Origin: an uncultured virus (IMG/VR IMGVR_UViG_3300049732_000141)
Taxonomy: Duplodnaviria; Heunggongvirae; Uroviricota; Caudoviricetes
Reading direction: 5' to 3' (one strand)
IMG/VR virus record: IMGVR_UViG_3300049732_000141
DNA length: 64,000 nt
The notes beneath the pieces are model-generated. The model saw only the letters and a list, made by a program, of their open reading frames with translations, did no database searches and had not been told where the DNA came from. The translations under genes and the position numbers were made by a program. Positions within the stretch are counted from its first letter, which is position 1; every line of letters begins with the position of its first letter. This document shows, piece by piece, positions 46,674-54,229 of this stretch.

Positions 46674-48064
46674 GCCATCCTCGCAGCGATGAGCAGCACC
46701 GACGTGAACGTGGCGTTGCCGAGCTTCAGGTTGAGGTGCGGTTCGAGTTGGAACGGCTGGTGATCGACGTAGGCGTCGTGCGGGTGCGTGCCCGGCGTCA
46801 GCAGGATCGGCCACAGGCGGTTGCCCTGCTGCGCCACCAGATGCGTGAGTTCGATCAGGTGCGCCCCGGTGAACACGCAGAGGTTCTCGGCCTCGAAAGG
46901 CGTCCCGCCGATCAGGAACTCCGTCGTGTGCGCCGCGATGCCGCCGTGCTTCAGGCAGCGCATCTGGTTGAGGAAGAAGTTCATCCCCGCCCGCACCCCG
47001 CCAAGGTGCTCCAGACACGACGTGGACCACGTGAAGTCGAACCGGCCGTGCAGGCCGATGGGGATGTCCCGCATGTCCACCGGCTGGTAGGCCACGTTCC
47101 GGTCGAAGGTCGGCTTGCTGGTGATGCCCTCGTAGGGCAGGTCCGCCAGCGCCGCAGCGTGCTGCGCCGTGTTCCACACGCCCGGCGCGGGTCGGTCCGT
47201 GGCTACCACCGAGGCTCCCTGCTCCGCGAACCAAGCCGGGAGGCGCTCCTTGCCCACCCCGAACCCGAGGACGTTGCGCGGGTGCCCGCTGCCGAACCGA
47301 TCCACGAACGCCTGCGCGATGCTGCAGTGCTCCCACAGCTTCCGGTGGATCTTCTTGAAGGCGTCGAGTTCCTTCATGCGGGCCTCGAACCACGGCTCGT
47401 CGAAGTCCGAGCGCCGCACGCGCCGGGGCCCAAGGCCACGGTGGAACAGGAAGCGCTCGAAGTCGTCGGGGAAGTCGAAGTCATCGGTGCCGTCGTCGGG
47501 GATCTCCACGTGGTGGCCCCAGTCCCGGATGTCGTTCGGCTCCGTGTCCACCGGGTGACCCGTGAAGGCGCAGTAGGCGGGCCAGTCGCTGCCGGGACCA
47601 GCCCGGTGCAGCGCGTCCGCGTAGACGTCGTGGTCCTCGGGACCGAAGGAGCAGCCGAACATCTCCGCGCCGGGCTTGCCTGTGGCTGCGCTTGGCTTCA
47701 GGCGGGCGAAGTGCGTCCAGCCGAGCCCGTGGTCCTTGACCATGATGTCGGCCGCCGCCTCGGTGAGATACACGTCACCGAGCACGACGAGCGTGCGGTC
47801 TGTCAGATGCCAGAACGGCCGAGTCGCCAGCCGCGCCATCGCGTTGCTGGACTCGTAGGGGATCGTCACCGTCCGCGCCCCGAGTGCGTGGTAGGGGTGA
47901 TGCGGATGGCAGGTGATCACGATGTCGCTGATCCCTCGCGCCTGCAGCAGACGAACGGTGCGGTCGATCAAACGCTCCCCGTTCACCATCGCTTGGTGCT
48001 TGCGGACGCCAAGGTAGTTGTTCCACCGGCTGCCGCTCCCGGCGGCCGTGATAATCGCTCTCAT
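46670..48064 (-). CDS. nucleotidyltransferase (MobA/LicC-like) fused to class I SAM methyltransferase
   Basis: AAGSGSRW...K...GE.LI; LGDV; DFD; VLGFGVG.E, FDFTWS.SCLEH, LKHGG. Confidence 0.8.
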   Translation of the reverse strand: MRAIITAAGSGSRWNNYLGVRKHQAMVNGERLIDRTVRLLQARGISDIVITCHPHHPYHALGARTVTIPYESSNAMARLATRPFWHLTDRTLVVLGDVYLTEAAADIMVKDHGLGWTHFARLKPSAATGKPGAEMFGCSFGPEDHDVYADALHRAGPGSDWPAYCAFTGHPVDTEPNDIRDWGHHVEIPDDGTDDFDFPDDFERFLFHRGLGPRRVRRSDFDEPWFEARMKELDAFKKIHRKLWEHCSIAQAFVDRFGSGHPRNVLGFGVGKERLPAWFAEQGASVVATDRPAPGVWNTAQHAAALADLPYEGITSKPTFDRNVAYQPVDMRDIPIGLHGRFDFTWSTSCLEHLGGVRAGMNFFLNQMRCLKHGGIAAHTTEFLIGGTPFEAENLCVFTGAHLIELTHLVAQQGNRLWPILLTPGTHPHDAYVDHQPFQLEPHLNLKLGNATFTSVLLIAARMA

Positions 48065-48211
48065 GTTGGGCTCCCTTCTTCACGTGCGTTCATTCGTCTT
48101 ACCCCGCCCGCTGATCTGGCTTTCACCGGGAGCGGGCGGGGCCTTTCTGGTTAGCGCATATCAACCTCTGGTTTGGGGTCTTAGCCCGTGCCAGCCGAGA
48201 ATACCACAGCC

Positions 48212-48583
48212 TTACGCGCCAAGCGAGACTTCAGTGATCAACCCGCGCCCGGTCTCCGGGTCCACGACGGCCGCCGGAGTCCCGAGGATGGGTCCCGTGC
48301 GCCCGTCAGGAAGTGTAATCCGGTCCTTCGGGTTGATCGCCGGGGAAACGTCCCCAACGATGGTCAGAGTGGCCATCACAGGCACCAGCTTGCCGGTCGA
48401 AGTCATGCTCTGCTTCTGCTTGTAATCGACCACCGCACGGAGCGATTCCGCCGCCGAATACGTCGGCGTTCCGGACGTCGTTTGCCCGGTCCACCGCTCC
48501 AAGGTGACCGTGGCCTGCACGCCCTTCGTCAGGGTGTCTGCAATTCCGATGCCAGTTCGAAGGATCTCAAGCGGAAAAGCCAA
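48212..48583 (-). CDS. head closure (stopper) protein
   Basis: Position after adaptor; D.ITLPDG. Confidence 0.7.
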   Translation of the reverse strand: MAFPLEILRTGIGIADTLTKGVQATVTLERWTGQTTSGTPTYSAAESLRAVVDYKQKQSMTSTGKLVPVMATLTIVGDVSPAINPKDRITLPDGRTGPILGTPAAVVDPETGRGLITEVSLGA

Positions 48584-48584
48584 C

Positions 48585-49172
48585 TTAGCCTCCCATCGCC
48601 CGCAGGATCAGGGGGCGCTTCACCGAGGGCTGCTCGAACCACGAGGGCACCAGCAGCCGCCGCACCTCGCCGGGCACGGCCAGCGAGACGTAGTTGAACT
48701 CGGAACCCATGAGGCGGATCTGCGTGTCCATGTCCTCGACCGAGGTGCCCTTGCTCTGGAAGGAGACGGCCACGGACCCGGCGCGAACCGAGGCCACGCC
48801 CTGCTTGGCCGCCTCGTTATCCGCGATGAAGTTGGACCCGGCCAGCATCTGGTAGGCCCACTCACACTGCGCGTCCTTCAGGGGCTGCGTGATGGAGGCC
48901 GCGCCGCTCTCCGCGATATCAAACCCGTTCCGCGTCTGCATGCCGCTGCGGGGCCACGTGAGCGCCTGCACGGCATCGACCGCCGAACCAGTCCACGTGA
49001 AGTTGGCGTCGAGGGCGCGGGCCGCGTGGATCAGCGCCGCTTCCTTCTGCGCGTCCGTCGCGTCGAGCACGGACTGCACCACCGGCAGGCGGTTCTCCGC
49101 GTAGGCTTCGAACTCAAGGAGGGTGGCGTAGCTGTTCTGAGTCGCTGCGCCGGGAGTCGTGTCAAGGGCCAT
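48585..49172 (-). CDS. head-tail adaptor (DnaT-like family)
   Basis: NSYATL..F..Y, KEAAL..A, QALTWPR, AQCE.A. Confidence 0.8.
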   Translation of the reverse strand: MALDTTPGAATQNSYATLLEFEAYAENRLPVVQSVLDATDAQKEAALIHAARALDANFTWTGSAVDAVQALTWPRSGMQTRNGFDIAESGAASITQPLKDAQCEWAYQMLAGSNFIADNEAAKQGVASVRAGSVAVSFQSKGTSVEDMDTQIRLMGSEFNYVSLAVPGEVRRLLVPSWFEQPSVKRPLILRAMGG

Positions 49173-49768
49173 TACTGCTCTCCGTATTTGGCCATGATGG
49201 AGGCCAACTGCTGATAGTGCGTAGCGAAACTCACCATCGTTGGAACCGGCGGGGTGATTTGCGCCCCACCCATCATAACACCAACGACCCGGCCTTTCCT
49301 ATCGACGATGGGACCCCCGGACATCCCTCGGAGCCCCGGGGCCGTCACGACCTGCACGGTCGTATCGTCCACCTCGGCGGTATCGGCCATGTGCAGACCC
49401 TCGAAAAACAGCAGGACCGGAGGCGTGCTGAACCCGAGGACGAGCACCTCATCCCCGCGTAGAGGCGGGGGTCCGAGGCGCAGCGCGGGTTGCCCCTTGG
49501 CTGCCTTCAGCACCGTCAGGCTGGAGTCCCCGGGAATGGCCTCGACAATCTGGACGAGAGCCCCGCCGTTGAGGGTCGTCGTAGGCACGTGGGAAGCATC
49601 GAGACAGTGGGTGGCCGTCACAAAGAGGGCCCTCTTCTGATGAATCGAAAACGCCGTGCAGATGCCATCGGCAATCTCCAGTTTGCCGAGGCTCCTTTCC
49701 AGCCGGTCAATCGGCCAAGACATGGCAAGGGACAACAGGACCCCCGGCAGGAACAGCGCTCGTCTCAT
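49172..49768 (-). CDS. trypsin-like serine protease with signal-like N-terminus
   Basis: CTAF, TATHC, GMSGGPI...G.VVG. Confidence 0.85.
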   Translation of the reverse strand: MRRALFLPGVLLSLAMSWPIDRLERSLGKLEIADGICTAFSIHQKRALFVTATHCLDASHVPTTTLNGGALVQIVEAIPGDSSLTVLKAAKGQPALRLGPPPLRGDEVLVLGFSTPPVLLFFEGLHMADTAEVDDTTVQVVTAPGLRGMSGGPIVDRKGRVVGVMMGGAQITPPVPTMVSFATHYQQLASIMAKYGEQ

Positions 49769-49799
49769 AAGGGAATCACCTCTCGCAGATATCTTACCA

Positions 49800-49845
49800 G
49801 AAAGAGAAGCGGGCGGGCGAGGGGTTCCCTCCCCGGCCGCCGGTA
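49800..49845 (-). terminator. putative terminator after major capsid gene
   Basis: GC-rich stem followed by TTCTCTTT on minus strand. Confidence 0.5.
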
Positions 49846-49870
49846 GGTCGCTGCGGCTCAGCCGCAGGTA

Positions 49871-50944
49871 TTACGAGTGGAGTTCGTAGACGCCCGAGCG
49901 GCTCTGCGCGTCGGAGCGCACGAGCGGCGCACCGATGGCAAAGGCCTTGAAGTTGATCTCGAAGCCGCCGTATTCGTCCCACTGGATCGACTGGATGTTC
50001 TCGCCGTTGACCCACGAGGTGACATCCGACGTCATCTGGACCACGAGCACCTTGCCCGAGGGCATGGTGTCCGCCACGCGCACCGCCGCGATGCTGTCGA
50101 TCTCCTCCAGACGCTGCCGGATCGTCTTGTCCGAGTTCGCCTTGAAGTCGTTCTCCAGCTTCACGCCCGCATCGGTCGGCACGTAGATGATATACGGGCC
50201 GAACATGCGGTCGGTGTGCAGCGCCGAGATGGCCTTCAGAGCATCCGCGAGGATGTTCTCGCCCGTCTTGGCCGACTGCGCCCAGTCGCCGTTGGCAATG
50301 AACGTGCCGTCGTTCCGGTCCGGGTGCGTCAGGTAGCCGTAGATCGGCAGGCCACCGAACGTCTTCGAGCCGTTGAACAGCATGTCCTCCATCGCCTCGG
50401 CCACGACACGGCCAGCCGTGCGGACCTGAGTCGTGTCGAGGGACTCGCCACGCTCACGCGAGGCCGCCAGCACGCGCAGGTTGATGAAGAAGTCCTTGTG
50501 GATGATCGGCAGGGGAAGCTGCGCGAGTTCGAACTCCTGACGGTCGTTGTGGCTGCGGCTGATGCCGTCCAGCGAGACCGTCGCGGGGTCCATGTCCGTC
50601 AGCTTCTCGTAGGCGAACACCGTCTTGCCGAGGGCGTTCGTCACCGGCTTGACGAGGCCGCGACCCATCAGGTCGGCCACGCCGACCAGCCGGATCTTCG
50701 CCTCTTCGAGCAGTGCCTCATCGAAGAACTTCCACTCCTCGTGGCGGAGGGTGTCCGCCGCACGGAGTGCCGAGGTGCTCAGAGCCTTGCCCTCCAGCGC
50801 CAGAGCCTTCAATTGGGCGGTCGCCCAACGTCCGGCCGCGCCGTTGAAGAACTGCTGGCCCGTGGAAACGGCACTCCGCAGAGTGCCGACGCGCCCGGCC
50901 GCCGCCGACCGGATGCCCTTCGTGTTGCTTCGCTTCGTCGCCAT
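49871..50944 (-). CDS. major capsid protein (HK97 fold, linocin/encapsulin-like family)
   Basis: LR..EW..FD..., LPLPIIHKDF, YG.LTHP.R; head-module position. Confidence 0.85.
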   Translation of the reverse strand: MATKRSNTKGIRSAAAGRVGTLRSAVSTGQQFFNGAAGRWATAQLKALALEGKALSTSALRAADTLRHEEWKFFDEALLEEAKIRLVGVADLMGRGLVKPVTNALGKTVFAYEKLTDMDPATVSLDGISRSHNDRQEFELAQLPLPIIHKDFFINLRVLAASRERGESLDTTQVRTAGRVVAEAMEDMLFNGSKTFGGLPIYGYLTHPDRNDGTFIANGDWAQSAKTGENILADALKAISALHTDRMFGPYIIYVPTDAGVKLENDFKANSDKTIRQRLEEIDSIAAVRVADTMPSGKVLVVQMTSDVTSWVNGENIQSIQWDEYGGFEINFKAFAIGAPLVRSDAQSRSGVYELHS

Positions 50945-50983
50945 GTTGTTCTCTGTCTCCTGATTCTGCGCTTCGCTGCGCGA

Positions 50984-51424
50984 TTAGAGGAACTCGACCA
51001 CGATGGCCGTTTCCACGGTGACCGCGCCGCCGGTGCTCTCGACCGCACGCGCAATCGGGTTCGTCGAGCCGCTGGCGTAAGTGCCGTCGCCAGCCGATTC
51101 GAGCAGTTCGTCCTCGGAGATGTTCTCGCCCGACGCGACGTAGCCCACGGCACGCTCGCCCGACTTGAACACGCCGACCTTGACGTAGTCGCCGGACGCG
51201 TAGTCCGCCGACACCGTGCCCGAACCCTGACGCGTGTCGTCGATCCCCGCGCCCAGTTCGTCACGCTCCAGAGCCACGGCCTTGGGGACGAACCCCGTGC
51301 CCGTCTGCTTGGCGATGTCCGAGATGCCCTTGACGAGGTATCCCGGCTTGATCGTTTCGGTGGCCGCACCGTCCTCGTTGACGATGGGGCAGCCGACCTG
51401 CACCACACTTCGCTTCGTCGCCAT
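50984..51424 (-). CDS. capsid decoration/cement protein
   Basis: IKPG.LV...ALE...Y..GD.V...G.NI...LES.GDG; precedes MCP. Confidence 0.7.
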   Translation of the reverse strand: MATKRSVVQVGCPIVNEDGAATETIKPGYLVKGISDIAKQTGTGFVPKAVALERDELGAGIDDTRQGSGTVSADYASGDYVKVGVFKSGERAVGYVASGENISEDELLESAGDGTYASGSTNPIARAVESTGGAVTVETAIVVEFL

Positions 51425-51487
51425 CTTGCTGTCTCCCTCTGCCGGTCCTGCCCGGCTGCTAGTTGTTCAGTTTCAGTTCCTGCCGGG

Positions 51488-51904
51488 TTAGCTGCCGGGC
51501 GTGAACTGCTGCCCGCCACTCGGGCGGATGCTGACATCGGCTTCGAGCCCGCCGTCCACCGGCGCGGTCGCGGCCACGTTCGACACGAACCCGGAGAACA
51601 TCCAGACGGCTCCGTCCGGGTATTCCAGATCGTATCGGTCCTTCGAGCCGCTGAGCCACGCTTCGAGCAGGCCGGTCAGCGCATCGTGAGTCGCCTCGCC
51701 CGAGGGGAGGAAGCCCAGTTTGAACTGAAGCTCGCCCTTCCGGCGAATGCCCACGACGTAGCTGTCGTCGTCGGAGTTGTGATTCGTCGTCTCGATGGGG
51801 TTGCGGGTCAGCGCGGGCGGGGTGATGTCGCGGAGTTCCGCGATGGCAGTCCCGTTCCGCTTGATGATCGTTCCCTGCGCGGAAATCGCTACGGATTCGG
51901 CCAC
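51488..51904 (-). CDS. major tail tube protein
   Basis: GT......I..L.DITPP..TR..IETT...G.R..G...F; YPDG..W.FSG.V. Confidence 0.75.
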   Translation of the reverse strand: MAESVAISAQGTIIKRNGTAIAELRDITPPALTRNPIETTNHNSDDDSYVVGIRRKGELQFKLGFLPSGEATHDALTGLLEAWLSGSKDRYDLEYPDGAVWMFSGFVSNVAATAPVDGGLEADVSIRPSGGQQFTPGS

Positions 51905-51913
51905 GGTCCCCCC

Positions 51914-54229
51914 TTAATGCTTCTTCTGCTGGAACTGCGCCACCAGATCGATGGGCGCAGGAGCAGCCGCGTTGTCCGTCTGAGCCGCACGCGGAGCCTG
52001 CCCGGCGAAGCTGACCGTCTTGGCACCCGAGAGGGCGACAAGCTGATCGAGTTCCGTCTGGTCCTTGCCCGCAAGCTGCTCGTCGGTGAACTGGCACTTG
52101 CCAGTGTCCTTGAGCGCCTTGATCGTCGCGGTCTTGCGGGCCGCCTCGGCAGCCACGAACGCATCGTAGGAGGCCACAGCCGCCTCGTCCGCCTTCGCAG
52201 CCTTCAGCACCCCGATGGCCTCGGCCAGCGTCTTCGGCTGCACCGGAACCTCGACCTGCTTCTCGACGATCTTCTCGACTTCCTTCACCACTTCCTTCGG
52301 GGTGACGGCGGTTTCGAGCGCGGCAATCTGCTCGTCCGTCGCACCTTCGAGGAACTTGGCGCTCTCCTCGGTGAAACTCGCTCCGAGCTTCGCCAGAAGA
52401 GCCTTCACTGCATCTCGCATGTGAATTTCCTTGTCCGGCTGCTTGTTCCCATGACATCCGCACGGAGCAGCCTCTCCCGTGCCGGAACCTTCTTCGAGCG
52501 GCTCATACCGCCCAACGAACTCAACCTCAGTGGCGGTATCACCAACCGAGACGGTGCCATCATCAGCCACCGTAAATGACCGCTGCCGGAGGGGCCGGAG
52601 ACCACCGGCCGGGGGCAGCACATCCCCGGGGGAGGAGTAGTCGACGTCGTAGACGACCGTCCCCTCCTCGGGGTAGAAGTCAAGAATATAGCACATGCGG
52701 CCTTCCTTGGCCTGCAGCGCCTTGCGAAGCCGGTCCTCGATCTCCCGGGCCCCCAGTTCGTCGCCGGACTTCGCGGCATCCCGAAGCACCGACTTCACCC
52801 ACGCCATGACGCTCATACGATCTCCCTCTTCTGCCCGGCGCTTGGCCGGGGAAATCCCGAGGGGGCCCAATGGGAGGGGACCGCCAACCGGGGTGACGCT
52901 GCTCTTCGGGGCCTTCGGCAGCAGCCGGGCGGCCTTCTTCGGCGGGGTGAAGCCCCACTGAGCGAACGCCCGGTCGAAGCCGACCCACTTGCCGTTGCGA
53001 TCCATGCCCCGGTTCGCCAACTCGTATCGGGCGACCTGTCGGCCGGAAATCTTGCCCTTGGCCAGCGCCAGCACGTCCTTCGTCTTGCCGGTCTGGAGCG
53101 GCCCGAGGAGCTTCCACGTCGTCGTGTTCTCCTCGTTGCCTGCCACCTCACCCCGGGTCTTGGCGGAGACCGGCCAGATCTGCTTGGCCTTGTCGAAGCC
53201 CACCCACTCGCCCTCGCGGTCGAGCCCACGGCTGGCCATCTCCAGCCGGGCGACTTCGTTGTAATCCGCCTTGCCGGTCGCGACCTGCGTCAGCGCGTCC
53301 CGGTCGGTGATCTGCGCCAGCCCGTTCAGCTTGGCCTCCGTGGAGTTCTCATCCTTGGCGGCCTCCTGATAGTTGACTGCTTCCTGCACCGGGCGCGGCA
53401 GCGATCCTCGGCCCATCGGGCCGCCTCCGCCGCCACCGCTGGACCACATGCCCTTGTCGTCGCGGGGCTGGTCCGGGTCGAAGCCCGCCGCCCGCATCGA
53501 TTCCTGCAAGGCCGCTCGAACGCCGCAGCCCATCGTGATGCTGCAAGCGCCCGTGTGCCCCGAGGGGAGCAGGGCGAGATGGTCGGGGGACATACGCTTC
53601 CACGTGCCCTTATACTTCCGGCCGCTCAGCGCGTGAACCTTCTCGTCGTGAACCTCGGCCTCGACAAACGCGCCCATCGAGACCTCGATGGGGTCGCCGG
53701 ACTCCAGCCGGGCAACCAGCATCGGGGCAACCTGCATGGCGCGGGCCTTGTCGATCCACGCGTCCATCGTCAGGCGGCCGTCCTTGAGGAAGGCGTTCCG
53801 GGTAAAGCCGAGTGACAGGGCCTCCATGATGTCGGGGGCCGAACCCGAGATGGGCTGGCCCTCCCGCATCGGGTGGCCGTAATACAGGGGCTGGTGGTTC
53901 CAGCGCTCCACCCGGTCTTCAAAGGCCGTCAGGGGCACCAGTTCCGGGGCCGGGGCTCCGAGTGCGTGAATGACCCCCTCGGTCATGGCGATCACGGGAA
54001 CGATCAGGTAGTCCCTGTCGTTCTCCCGCTGTGCCGTAGGCTTGATGGCCGCAGACTTGAGGCTGGTAAACCTGAAGGGCAACACCTCGCCATCATACAT
54101 CAAGGCCGAGATAGCGACGGGTTTCCCGAGGGGCTTGCCATCCCGGCCGATGACCTGAAAGGACACGTGATCGTGGTCCGGCCCCGTGACCTCGATGCCA
54201 TCCACTGGCTGCACGAATCGGTTGCTCAT
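51914..54229 (-). CDS. prohead protease (DUF2213-like) / cargo / scaffold fusion
   Basis: GHP, EVSMG, PDHLALL..GACS..GCG; C-terminal helical scaffold-like region. Confidence 0.8.
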   Translation of the reverse strand: MSNRFVQPVDGIEVTGPDHDHVSFQVIGRDGKPLGKPVAISALMYDGEVLPFRFTSLKSAAIKPTAQRENDRDYLIVPVIAMTEGVIHALGAPAPELVPLTAFEDRVERWNHQPLYYGHPMREGQPISGSAPDIMEALSLGFTRNAFLKDGRLTMDAWIDKARAMQVAPMLVARLESGDPIEVSMGAFVEAEVHDEKVHALSGRKYKGTWKRMSPDHLALLPSGHTGACSITMGCGVRAALQESMRAAGFDPDQPRDDKGMWSSGGGGGGPMGRGSLPRPVQEAVNYQEAAKDENSTEAKLNGLAQITDRDALTQVATGKADYNEVARLEMASRGLDREGEWVGFDKAKQIWPVSAKTRGEVAGNEENTTTWKLLGPLQTGKTKDVLALAKGKISGRQVARYELANRGMDRNGKWVGFDRAFAQWGFTPPKKAARLLPKAPKSSVTPVGGPLPLGPLGISPAKRRAEEGDRMSVMAWVKSVLRDAAKSGDELGAREIEDRLRKALQAKEGRMCYILDFYPEEGTVVYDVDYSSPGDVLPPAGGLRPLRQRSFTVADDGTVSVGDTATEVEFVGRYEPLEEGSGTGEAAPCGCHGNKQPDKEIHMRDAVKALLAKLGASFTEESAKFLEGATDEQIAALETAVTPKEVVKEVEKIVEKQVEVPVQPKTLAEAIGVLKAAKADEAAVASYDAFVAAEAARKTATIKALKDTGKCQFTDEQLAGKDQTELDQLVALSGAKTVSFAGQAPRAAQTDNAAAPAPIDLVAQFQQKKH

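Noticed and set aside
46674..47393. N-terminal 240 aa of the 910-aa ORF
   Set aside because: Overlaps the methyltransferase gene in another frame; true start is the ATGA-coupled ATG at 46673
48065..48190. Twister ribozyme (GGGC-UAA...GAAGGG-AGCCC)
   Set aside because: The conserved GUCCxAAGC loop is absent
48180..48192. TGGCACG as a ninth sigma-54 promoter
   Set aside because: No -12 GC at the right spacing (GGCT-AAGAC)
49871..50944. Encapsulin/bacteriocin nanocompartment
   Set aside because: Context with terminase, portal and protease shows it is the phage major capsid protein
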